Below are positions 19,576 through 27,960 of a stretch of DNA of 64,000 nt, in pieces; within the stretch, counting starts at the first letter, position 1, and each line of letters begins with the position of its first letter. The DNA is taken from the IMG/VR virus record IMGVR_UViG_3300044638_009799. One strand, given 5' to 3'. Both the position numbers and the translations under genes were made by a program. The notes beneath the pieces are model-generated. The model saw only the letters and a program-made list of their open reading frames with translations. It did no database searches and had not been told where the DNA came from. Source of the stretch: an uncultured virus (IMG/VR IMGVR_UViG_3300044638_009799) (lineage: Duplodnaviria > Heunggongvirae > Uroviricota > Caudoviricetes).

Positions 19576-20583
19576 ATGTTTCTTTACATCACTTGTGATA
19601 GAATTGGCAATGGAACTGGTGGTGGCACAGTTACCAAAAATGAATTGGAAGCACTTAGCAATTTGGGTCCAATTGATGTAGTTAATCCTCAACCAACTCA
19701 AGATCCGTTTGAAGCAGAAAATGTAATTGATATTCCCAATTTAGAAAAATACAAACTAGCACACTTTTATGCTGGAACATTTCCTAAATTAACTAAAAAA
19801 TTGAAAGAAAAAGGCATCAAGATTTCTTATACGGCAGCAGCCCACGATATTAAAGCAAGCCAAGAGGAATTTAAAATCCTTGGCATTCCTTATGACTTTC
19901 CACACATTAGCAATCCCATACTATGGAATCAATATATATCAAGTTATATTGATGCTGATCTTGTTATTTGTCCAAGCAAACATAGCAATAAAGTAATGCA
20001 AGAATTTGGATGCAAGAACACAACTGTAATACCTCACGGATGCTATGAAGGTGTTAACTATCCTTATCCTAAAACCTTTTCAGTAGGGTACTTGGGTCAA
20101 ATTGGACCAGATAAAGGAGTTAAATATTTAATTGAGGCTTGGGCAAAATTGAATTATAAGGATGCAGTATTAACATTTGCAGGACAGCAATCGCCATATT
20201 TGATTCATATGATTCGTCAATTTGGTGGTAGAGCTAATTATAATATTTTAGGTTATGTGAAAACATTAGATGAATTTTTTAAATCAATTAATGTTTATGT
20301 CCAACCGAGTGTTACGGAAGGTTTTGGAATTGAGATTCTTGAAGCCATGACATTTGGAAGACCAGTTATTGCTTCATACGGAGTTGGTGCTGCTGATTGT
20401 TTGAATAATAATTGTAAACTAGTATTGAAGAAAGATCCCAACTGTATTGCTAAAGCGATTGATTGGTATAAGAACAATACATGGGATTATAGAGAAGAAT
20501 TAATGTCTTATGTTAAAAAATACAATTGGAAAAATATAAGGGAATGTTACATTAATACTTGGAGAGGAATGTTGGAATCATGA
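19576..20583 (+). CDS. GT4 glycosyltransferase
   Basis: PSVTEGFGIEILEAMTFGRPVI. Confidence 0.88.
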   Translation: MFLYITCDRIGNGTGGGTVTKNELEALSNLGPIDVVNPQPTQDPFEAENVIDIPNLEKYKLAHFYAGTFPKLTKKLKEKGIKISYTAAAHDIKASQEEFKILGIPYDFPHISNPILWNQYISSYIDADLVICPSKHSNKVMQEFGCKNTTVIPHGCYEGVNYPYPKTFSVGYLGQIGPDKGVKYLIEAWAKLNYKDAVLTFAGQQSPYLIHMIRQFGGRANYNILGYVKTLDEFFKSINVYVQPSVTEGFGIEILEAMTFGRPVIASYGVGAADCLNNNCKLVLKKDPNCIAKAIDWYKNNTWDYREELMSYVKKYNWKNIRECYINTWRGMLES

Positions 20584-22205
20584 GTTATACTTTTCCGTTT
20601 ACAAAAAATGTAATTGAATTGGGTGGAGGAGACAATCCTTACTTCCGTCCAAATGTTGATGTTCGTTCTGGTGACACTGTGGATGTAGTGGCTGATTTCA
20701 ATCAATCTTTGCCTCTTACAAATTCCACATACGATGGTGTTTTTAGTTGCTATTGTATTGAACATCTTTCTTGGCGTAAAGTCAAACTTTTTGTTTCAGA
20801 AGTATTTAGAATTCTTCGTGATAGTGGCAAAGCCGTTTTTATAACAGCTAACACAAAAAGACAAATGGAATGGGTATTGAATCAAGAAGAATGGAATGAT
20901 GACAGTTCTTCCATTATATTTGGTGATCAGAATTATGATGAAAACACGCACAGAAACAGTCTTTGTCCTGTTTATGCAATCAAGCTAATGCGTGAAGCAG
21001 GGTTTGAAAACATAGTAGTTTTACCACATGGGGAGTTAGGAACAGACATGATTATTGAAGTTGCAAAACCAAAAAAAGAAGATCGCAAAAGTCTATTCGA
21101 CAAACATTATTTCAATGGTGGCGGCAAAGTTGGCGGTTACGCTCATGAAGGATATTGGGATTATCCTGTTCACTGGGTTACTTATCAAAAAGTAATGGAA
21201 CACAATCCCGAATCCATTCTAGAGATTGGTGCTGCTAGAGGGTACATGGTTAAGAAATTTAATGATGCTGGAGTTAGATCTAAAGGATTAGAAATTAGTC
21301 ATCATTGTCAACTAACCAGAGTTACCAATGATGTGATTGAATGGGACATTTGTCAGACTCCTTGGAATTTCAAAGACAAAGAATTTGATTTAGCGTTTTC
21401 AACAGCAGTTTTTGAACATATTCCAGAAGAACATCTTGATGCTGTTTTGAAAGAAATGGATCGAGTTAGTAAGCGTGGCTTGCATGGTGTTGATTTTGGT
21501 GAAAATGATGATGGATTTGATAAAACTCATTGTACTTTGAGAACTAAGGAATGGTGGCTTAAAAGAATGCCATCAACGCAATTGGTTGTTGACAAAGAAG
21601 ACTTAGAGCGTGGAAATATTGCTGTCAACATTCCTGCTGGCGACAATAAACTTAAGGTTAACTTTGGCAGCTTTATTAATATGTTCCATTACGGATGGAT
21701 CAATACTGATGTTTTGAATTTACAAGATTTTGCATCTAGGCACAAATATAAATTTTTAGCAATTAATGCACAAAATCCATTACCTTTTCAAAATGAAACT
21801 ATTGATTTGGCTTATTCAAGTCATATGTTTGAACACTTGACTGTCGCAGAAGGTATCAGTTTCCTTAGTGAATGTTATCGTTGCATGAAAAAAGGTGCTG
21901 TATTGCGTATTGCAGTACCAGATGCTGATAAATTGATTAAATATTATCAAGCCAATCAATTGAATGTATTTGATGAAATTAACGATGGCTGTGCTAGAAA
22001 TGAATTTGAATCAGGTAAATTGTGGTCATTGCTATTTGAAGGTCATAAAATTGCATATGATTTTGCTGGTTTAAAGACATTAGGTGAAAAATCAGGATTT
22101 AAAGTGGAAAAGAAAACATTTTGCAATGGAAATGAACAGATTGTCAAGGAAACTATTGATATGTTGCCTGAAATTAGTTTGTTTGTCGAAATGACAAAAA
22201 ATTAA
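20580..22205 (+). CDS. Triple SAM-methyltransferase-domain protein
   Basis: Three motif-I/EH pairs: ELGGG..CIEHL, EIGAARG..VFEHI, NFGS..MFEHL; start moved to ATG 20580. Confidence 0.75.
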   Translation: MSYTFPFTKNVIELGGGDNPYFRPNVDVRSGDTVDVVADFNQSLPLTNSTYDGVFSCYCIEHLSWRKVKLFVSEVFRILRDSGKAVFITANTKRQMEWVLNQEEWNDDSSSIIFGDQNYDENTHRNSLCPVYAIKLMREAGFENIVVLPHGELGTDMIIEVAKPKKEDRKSLFDKHYFNGGGKVGGYAHEGYWDYPVHWVTYQKVMEHNPESILEIGAARGYMVKKFNDAGVRSKGLEISHHCQLTRVTNDVIEWDICQTPWNFKDKEFDLAFSTAVFEHIPEEHLDAVLKEMDRVSKRGLHGVDFGENDDGFDKTHCTLRTKEWWLKRMPSTQLVVDKEDLERGNIAVNIPAGDNKLKVNFGSFINMFHYGWINTDVLNLQDFASRHKYKFLAINAQNPLPFQNETIDLAYSSHMFEHLTVAEGISFLSECYRCMKKGAVLRIAVPDADKLIKYYQANQLNVFDEINDGCARNEFESGKLWSLLFEGHKIAYDFAGLKTLGEKSGFKVEKKTFCNGNEQIVKETIDMLPEISLFVEMTKN

Positions 22206-22369
22206 TTCCAATGTCTCATACAATTAGCCATAATAAAACCACATGTAATTATATTTATCACCCAAAAGAATGTACGAATGATCACTGTTAAGCAGTGATC
22301 ATTTTCATTTAAGTCCAAGGCTCTTCGCCAAATAGATGAAAAATATTCAATGTTTGTTTTTGTAGTCAT
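22202..22369 (-). CDS. Small membrane protein (55 aa), T4-like phage ..IIRTF..RHWN family
   Basis: Not in ORF track. MTTKTNIEYFSSIWRRALDLNENDHCLTVIIRTFFWVINIITCGFIMANCMRHWN; family recognised from memory. Confidence 0.6.
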   Translation of the reverse strand: MTTKTNIEYFSSIWRRALDLNENDHCLTVIIRTFFWVINIITCGFIMANCMRHWN

Positions 22370-22449
22370 TTTAAATATTTAATTTATTTTGTGCAAATTT
22401 GTAAAAAATATTTAAACAATGAATATAATTTTAGCTTCTTGGTCAAATA

Positions 22450-23190
22450 TTATCCCATAAATTTGCCATTTACTGTTTTTGCTTTTACTTCATTGTAAAA
22501 TAATATGTCACTTTCTATGCTTCTGTATATCTTTTTATACATTTTTGAATTTAATTCTTTTTTTGCATTTGTGTTTCTATTTGTTCCATTTCTACAGCTG
22601 TTTATATCCAGATAGTCCCATCCAGCTAAATCTTTCATTACTTTGATATCTTCTTGATAATTATCTACAAAAATTATTGCATCAAATTGTCTAAGCCTCT
22701 CCCTTGCTAACTCTACACTCTTGCCACAAGCCAAATAATGCACCAAAGGTCCACTAAAGTACGAGCTTTCATCTTCGTAAATAATTGATTTCATTCTTTC
22801 AAGTGATCTTTTGTTTTCTAAAAAAATTTTAAAATTTTTTTTGTATTTACTTGTTTCACATTCGTGATGATAACAACTTAAAAGTATATCAATAGGATGC
22901 CTCAAAACTGTAACATATTTAATTTTTGAATCAAGATGGAAATCTTTAATGTAACCTTCATTAGCGCAAAAGGTAAATTTTTCTGTATCTAAAAAATTCA
23001 GTAAATCTTCTTTACCATAGTTCCAAAATTCAATAATTTTGTTTTCTGAATCATATGGATTGCCATTTTTGTGTGAATCATAAAATTTCTCACCATTTTT
23101 TTCAGCAAGATTCACAAAAGTGCTACCCCCTGACTTGTGTATGTGTAAAAAATAAATCATTCTGTTCATAATTATTGAATTATATATCAA
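22450..23190 (-). CDS. Sulfotransferase family 2-like protein
   Basis: FLHIHKSGGST (5'-PSB) and LRHPIDILLSCY (3'-PB). Confidence 0.8.
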   Translation of the reverse strand: MIYNSIIMNRMIYFLHIHKSGGSTFVNLAEKNGEKFYDSHKNGNPYDSENKIIEFWNYGKEDLLNFLDTEKFTFCANEGYIKDFHLDSKIKYVTVLRHPIDILLSCYHHECETSKYKKNFKIFLENKRSLERMKSIIYEDESSYFSGPLVHYLACGKSVELARERLRQFDAIIFVDNYQEDIKVMKDLAGWDYLDINSCRNGTNRNTNAKKELNSKMYKKIYRSIESDILFYNEVKAKTVNGKFMG

Positions 23191-23216
23191 ATAAATTTAA
23201 AATTAATCTATAGTAT

Positions 23217-23319
23217 AAATGGCTGGTCTGATAATGGTGGTCATTTTAGCACTTTCTCGACCCGGTATCAGTTTATGCAGAAGCAAAGATTAAGTGCGTC
23301 AGCTATGCAACAGCCATTT
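23217..23319. ncRNA. Candidate structured ncRNA (three-way junction with kissing loops)
   Basis: Closing stem AAATGGCTG/CAGCCATTT, two internal arms, complementary loops GCACTT/AAGTGC. Confidence 0.5.
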
Positions 23320-23353
23320 TAATATTTCATCTAAACAAATATATAATGTTATC

Positions 23354-24289
23354 ATGGACATTAACGAAACATACAAAAACTCAGGTCTTGGTAAATGGTT
23401 TGATGAGAAATGGGTAGACATTTCTCGCAAAGACAAATCAGGTAAACATCCACCATGCGGTTCCAGCGCCAAAAAAGGGTCTAGAAAAGGCGATCAGAAG
23501 AAAGCCTACCCTAAGTGCCGTCCAGCAAAAAAAGCTGCTGCAATGAGTCCTGAGCTTAAAGAAAAGGCTACTGCGCAAAAACGTAGGGCAGAAAAGAAAA
23601 AATCACATCGTAAAGGAAGGAAACCAGTGATGGTATCTCACGAAAATCTTAATGAAGGCAAAAATTTACCAAATAATCCTAAATTATGGGCACAGTCTAA
23701 AGCTAAAGCTAAAAGAAAATTTGATGTGTATCCATGTTTACCTGTGTCGTATCCAGCTTTAACTAAAGATGGGTGGAAATACTTTAATGAATTAGAAATA
23801 GGAGATGAGATTGCGGCATTTGACTTGCAACAAAGAATAAGGAAATTTGTTAAAATAGAAAATATACATATTCATAAAAACGCTCCTGTTCATGAAATTT
23901 ACACTGATGGACACTATTTCTGTACATCTACTCTTGATCACAAATGGGTTATTGAGCAAAACGATGAATTATTGCTTGAAGCTGTGATGGGATTCCAATC
24001 ATACACAAAATTGTTTGTTGATAATGGTGTACCTTTACTGAGCAATTTTGAAATACATTCATCTGGTAGTGAAATGGTTTGGTGCCCAGAAACTTCATTA
24101 GGAACATGGGTTACCAGTATTAATGATCAACCATGTGTTACAGGAAATTCAGCTTATGCAAATGCATGGGCATCAGGAGACTATAAGAAAAATGGCGGTA
24201 CATGGCGTAAAAGCAAAAAAAAATATATGTTAAAAGAACATAATATGCCAAGTTTTAATGAATGGCTAAAGAACAGAGAGAATCAGTAG
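23354..24289 (+). CDS. Basic conserved phage protein (..KWFDEKWVDI..YPKCRP..YP/SAYAN..) interrupted by a mini-intein
   Basis: Removing the intein restores VYPSAYANAWA; ATG 23354 preferred to GTG 23294. Confidence 0.7.
   Translation: MDINETYKNSGLGKWFDEKWVDISRKDKSGKHPPCGSSAKKGSRKGDQKKAYPKCRPAKKAAAMSPELKEKATAQKRRAEKKKSHRKGRKPVMVSHENLNEGKNLPNNPKLWAQSKAKAKRKFDVYPCLPVSYPALTKDGWKYFNELEIGDEIAAFDLQQRIRKFVKIENIHIHKNAPVHEIYTDGHYFCTSTLDHKWVIEQNDELLLEAVMGFQSYTKLFVDNGVPLLSNFEIHSSGSEMVWCPETSLGTWVTSINDQPCVTGNSAYANAWASGDYKKNGGTWRKSKKKYMLKEHNMPSFNEWLKNRENQ
23735..24148 (+). mobile_element. Mini-intein, 138 aa, no homing endonuclease
   Basis: Block A CLPVSYPALT, block B STLDHKW (TxxH), block F VWCPET, block G VTGN followed by +1 Ser. 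Confidence 0.88.
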
Positions 24290-24707
24290 ACCAATGTTCT
24301 ATTTCTGGCAAATTTGAATATTGGTTACCACAAAGATAACCAAAAGCAAGGCTTCTGTTGAGCATCATCTTAGTCAGATTAGTTTGTGGTTGATTAACAA
24401 TTTGAATTTCCCCTAAAGACAAATAATCAAAATAAAATAAACCGTTGCTTACCCCTTCATAATCATGTAATTCTTGAAGGACATCTTTAGCCACTTCGTA
24501 AATTTCACCAGAAACTGTATTAGTTCCATTCTTAGCTTTTACCAATGCTGGATATCGTCCACAGTTAAGCAATTTATATTCTGGTTGAAGCTCTGCCATA
24601 GCTATAAGTTTTGATCCTTTGAGTTTATTGTAAGCTCTTTCTCCCTTTTTTAGTGTGCCGTAAACGAATACAGGAACTTTTTTTGTTATTGTCTTTAAAT
24701 TATACAT
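24255..24707 (-). CDS. Gamma-glutamylcyclotransferase (AIG2-like)
   Basis: VFVYGTLKKG, YPALV, GEIYEV, LHDYEG. Confidence 0.85.
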   Translation of the reverse strand: MYNLKTITKKVPVFVYGTLKKGERAYNKLKGSKLIAMAELQPEYKLLNCGRYPALVKAKNGTNTVSGEIYEVAKDVLQELHDYEGVSNGLFYFDYLSLGEIQIVNQPQTNLTKMMLNRSLAFGYLCGNQYSNLPEIEHWSTDSLCSLAIH

Positions 24708-24789
24708 TTATTGCATCCTTGAGGATAAAATCCAAATTAAGTTAGTTATGGTTACTCATTTAATTTGTATAAACATACAAGGAGGCTTC

Positions 24790-25020
24790 ATGTTAGTACT
24801 CACACGCAAGTTGTACGAAAAAGTTTACATCACGACACCAGACGGTAAAAAAATTGCCTTAACAATTTGTGGAATTCAAGGTTATGGCAAGAATGGAAGA
24901 GTAAAAATTGGTATCGATGCAGACAAAAATTATGTTATTGCAAGAGAAGAATTGATTTTATCTAAAAATCAAGAAGAAGAAGAAGAAGAAATATTTTTCA
25001 ACAAGAGTTTGAATTCTTGA
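24790..25020 (+). CDS. csrA: Carbon storage regulator CsrA homolog
   Basis: MLVLTRK..E.V.I..VKIGIDA....IAREEL; SD AAGGAGG before ATG 24790. Confidence 0.88.
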   Translation: MLVLTRKLYEKVYITTPDGKKIALTICGIQGYGKNGRVKIGIDADKNYVIAREELILSKNQEEEEEEIFFNKSLNS

Positions 25021-25262
25021 AATGTAAAGCATTCATCAACAGCATTTATTAATATATTCCAAGAATGATCATCAAGCTTACATTCAAGCTTGATTTGATC
25101 ATTCTTTTTTCCTCTGGTTTTGTTAATTATTCTAAAAGCACTTAGCATTTTGTTTGTGTAAGAACTTTCTACCATTTGTTCGCAATTTCCGCAAAAAACA
25201 ATTCCTTCTTCCAAAACATATGGAAGGAAACCACCGCAGAATGGACAATTTGATATTGGCAT
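24969..25262 (-). CDS. Zinc-ribbon protein
   Basis: CPFC..CGNC. Confidence 0.55.
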   Translation of the reverse strand: MPISNCPFCGGFLPYVLEEGIVFCGNCEQMVESSYTNKMLSAFRIINKTRGKKNDQIKLECKLDDHSWNILINAVDECFTFQEFKLLLKNISSSSSS

Positions 25263-25300
25263 CTATGCTTATATACTAATCAAGATAAAAATTTAAAAAA

Positions 25301-25374
25301 TGACCCCGGTGGGACTCGAACCCACGACCTACGCATTAAAAGTGCGTTGTTCTAGCCAACTGAACTACGAGGTC
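25301..25374 (-). tRNA. tRNA-Lys(UUU), CCA not encoded
   Basis: Acceptor GACCTCG/CGGGGTC, D arm, anticodon arm ACGCA-CTTTTAA-TGCGT, T loop GTTCGAG. Confidence 0.95.
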
Positions 25375-25381
25375 ATAAAAC

Positions 25382-25463
25382 GGGTGATGGATTAGTTGAG
25401 ATGGAGGGTCAGGAAGTCTGACTTTTGCTGCGTAGCACTACATCTTTCCCCAATCCATTACCC
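25382..25463 (+). ncRNA. Candidate structured RNA next to the tRNA
   Basis: Stem GGGTGATGGATT/AATCCATTACCC, inner GAGATG/CATCTT, hairpin GGGTCAG-GAAGT-CTGACTT; G-U pairs favour + strand. Confidence 0.4.
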
Positions 25464-25475
25464 ATTGATCACATG

Positions 25476-26732
25476 TTAACCAATTTCATCATTAATGTCA
25501 ACATCTCCTCCTGCATTAACTGGCAATCCTGCTTCAGCAAAACGAGTTGACCAACGATAAACAAAATCTTGATAAGAAATTTTTTCTTCAAACATTGCTT
25601 TGATCATATCGGCAAAGCAATTATTGAGAATAGGCGTAATTGTTTCATGTTCATCAGTCATATGTCCTCTAGCAATAGATGCTTCAATATCTTTCACCCA
25701 ATTATCACGAGCAGACTTCATAGTAATCTTGACCTTGCTTTTTTTAGGAGCAGTAGGTTCTTCTTCATCGCTATCATTTTCAATGATTGGTTCTGCGTCA
25801 ATATCATCAATAGCTTCTTCAACATTTTTACTATTAACACGAGGTGTGATATCATTTCTTTCACGCTTGCGTTCTTCTAACGTAGAAGTGTGTTTTTCTA
25901 TTAACGCATCTGCATTAGTGATATCATCAATATCGCCACACTCTTCAGCTTCTTCTTTTACTTTCTCAGCTTTCTTTAATTTTCTGTTAGTATTAAAAAT
26001 AGCGTTATCTTGTTTCTTCAGTTTTTCTTCATAGTCGCATGAAGCTTTTTTGATAGCAATTTGGAAAATACGCTGACGTTCTTCTTCATCAGTAATTTCC
26101 ATCAAAGAACTTGCAGCATTTGCATTGATCCTGCCATCAAGAAGAGCTTCCTTGATATCAGGGTCTTGATTTACTTTTTGCAACAACTTTGTTGCATAAC
26201 GAAGCCAAGATATAGTCTTTCCACACATTTCAAAAATTTTATTTTCAGGCATGTTAAAAACAATACAATAATCAACAAATCTAATGGTAGCGTTTTCACC
26301 AAAAGAAATCTTATTGCTATCGCTTTCAAATGACCGACTGAAACATTGAGAAGGATTTAATCCATGATGAATTTTGACAATAATATTTTCATACAAATCC
26401 TTAGCAGGAACATGTTGATTGGTATGTATATCATAACAAGCAGCATTGTCTGCAATTAATTGAGAGATAGCTTCGTGTCTACGATGACCATCAATCAAAA
26501 CATATTCACCATTAATGTGGTTAACATGAAAATTTTCCATAAGACCTTTTGACTTAATGGAATTTTTCAACTGATCAATTTCTTCTGATGAAAAACCATA
26601 ATTCTCACGATTTTTAACATCAAGGATACGAGGATTGAAGAAACCAAACTCAAATTCATCAAACTCCTTAGCTGGCTTAATAGAAGATAAGGGAATGCGA
26701 AACAAACCTGTTTCAATGTCAACAACTTGCAT
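25476..26732 (-). CDS. ParB/Srx-like N-terminal domain protein with coiled/acidic C-terminus
   Basis: FNPR, LKNSIKSKGL, LIDGHRRHEA. Confidence 0.75.
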   Translation of the reverse strand: MQVVDIETGLFRIPLSSIKPAKEFDEFEFGFFNPRILDVKNRENYGFSSEEIDQLKNSIKSKGLMENFHVNHINGEYVLIDGHRRHEAISQLIADNAACYDIHTNQHVPAKDLYENIIVKIHHGLNPSQCFSRSFESDSNKISFGENATIRFVDYCIVFNMPENKIFEMCGKTISWLRYATKLLQKVNQDPDIKEALLDGRINANAASSLMEITDEEERQRIFQIAIKKASCDYEEKLKKQDNAIFNTNRKLKKAEKVKEEAEECGDIDDITNADALIEKHTSTLEERKRERNDITPRVNSKNVEEAIDDIDAEPIIENDSDEEEPTAPKKSKVKITMKSARDNWVKDIEASIARGHMTDEHETITPILNNCFADMIKAMFEEKISYQDFVYRWSTRFAEAGLPVNAGGDVDINDEIG

Positions 26733-26792
26733 GCGAGACTCCTTTCGGTGTCGGTCAAAGACACAACAATGAGCTTCTGCTCATCTGCACCA

Positions 26793-26821
26793 ATGGTAAA
26801 TAAACAAGGAATGGTTGTCAA
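26793..26821 (-). promoter_or_regulatory. sigma70-type promoter
   Basis: TTGACA-17nt-TACCAT; two small hairpins in the leader. Confidence 0.6.
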
Positions 26822-26867
26822 GTACTGTTTTGCGATACTCATTTAAGTTGTCAAGGAGCAGAAGAAA

Positions 26868-27740
26868 ATGCGAGACGAAACGCTTAAATTGTCAGTGTAC
26901 AAGACTCATCCTAAAGCTTGTCGAATTGAACGAGCAGAAAAAACACTCAAAGGTGATGCTGACAAGAATGGAATAAAGTGGTGCATGCCATACAAAATTG
27001 CCAATCAAATGGGTTTCTGGATATATCCTCCTATAGACTTTGAAATCACTTGGCATGGAGGTAAAGACTTTACTTATAAAAACTACGAAGATTATGATGA
27101 TTCAGACTATGGAATTGTGCATGAAATGCTCAGAGCACCAGAATTAGCGAAATCGGAAAAATGGAATCATATGGGAATAGGAAGATCAAAATTTACTTAT
27201 GGATTAGTTGAGGAAGGTGTTGTCCAAGTTTATACAGGCTGTATTTTTAAAACCTCACCAAATTGGTGTATGCAAATTCGGTCGCCAATTAATTTTCCTG
27301 AAAGACAGCCTTATTACGTCATGGAAGGGTTGTTAGAAACCGATTGGATGCAATATGACATTTGGATTAATCTTGTCTTTACACAGAAATTTAAGCCATT
27401 GCGATTCAAACCAGATGATAAAACGCCAATTGCGCATCTTATGCCTGTTCACAGAAAAACATTCACATCAGATTGGGATCTAAGTAACGAAATGATTAAC
27501 ACTGACAATCCTGAAGCTAAAAAAGCGGCTAGATTTTACATTGATTATAATGTGTGCAAATTTACTTCTGGCGGGAATAATAATATTAGTGATTATGATA
27601 AAAAAGACAGCACTACATTTGTAAAACAAAAACAAAAGAATTTAAATAAAGATGGCTCTTGCAAGGAACAAGTTGTCCCTGCAAGAGTTAAAAGAAAATT
27701 GTTAAATGTCAAGAGAAAAAAGCTTGACGACAAACAGTAA
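26868..27740 (+). CDS. DUF6065-like (dUTPase-fold-like) protein
   Basis: CMPYKIANQMGFWI, SPINFP, EGLLETDW. Confidence 0.6.
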   Translation: MRDETLKLSVYKTHPKACRIERAEKTLKGDADKNGIKWCMPYKIANQMGFWIYPPIDFEITWHGGKDFTYKNYEDYDDSDYGIVHEMLRAPELAKSEKWNHMGIGRSKFTYGLVEEGVVQVYTGCIFKTSPNWCMQIRSPINFPERQPYYVMEGLLETDWMQYDIWINLVFTQKFKPLRFKPDDKTPIAHLMPVHRKTFTSDWDLSNEMINTDNPEAKKAARFYIDYNVCKFTSGGNNNISDYDKKDSTTFVKQKQKNLNKDGSCKEQVVPARVKRKLLNVKRKKLDDKQ

Positions 27741-27885
27741 TTGCTGGCAACCATGCAGAATACAAAACGCTACATTGACTGTTATAATTAATCTTAGGGC
27801 AGTTAGGTGGAAACTGCCTCATAGCAACGCCAACTATAGTATTATCAATTTTTTTGCAATCAACAGTACCTGTAAAAACACTCAT
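27709..27885 (-). CDS. Small 58-aa hypothetical protein
   Basis: Not in ORF track. Strong SD GGAGGAG; MSVFTGTVDCKKIDNTIVGVAMRQFPPNCPK... Confidence 0.5.
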   Translation of the reverse strand: MSVFTGTVDCKKIDNTIVGVAMRQFPPNCPKINYNSQCSVLYSAWLPAITVCRQAFFS

Positions 27886-27897
27886 ATTTTCTCCTCC

Positions 27898-27960
27898 TTT
27901 AGTATTTAGTATTTAGTATTTAGTATTTAGTATTTAGTATTTAGTATTTAGTATTTAGTA
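27898..27960. repeat. Perfect tandem repeat (TTTAGTA)9
   Basis: Read directly; fills the space between a stop codon and an SD. Confidence 0.97.

Noticed and set aside
22277..22303. Hairpin AATGATCACTG/CAGTGATCATT as a standalone element
   Set aside because: Lies inside the 55-aa CDS on the minus strand; it may terminate + strand transcription but cannot be supported further.
23221..23232. Y RNA, hammerhead or pistol identity for the structured element
   Set aside because: The 5' GGCTGGTCTGA resembles Y RNA, but the matching 3' strand and Ro60 are absent; hammerhead CUGANGA/GAAA and pistol cores are not satisfied.
25569..26333. Antisense and nested ORFs in the track (e.g. 25569, 25600, 26061; likewise 28172, 58414, 61649)
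   Set aside because: Shadows of well-supported genes on the opposite strand or frame, with no SD or motifs.
27898..27960. CRISPR array
   Set aside because: 7-bp units with no spacers and no cas genes; it is a simple tandem repeat.
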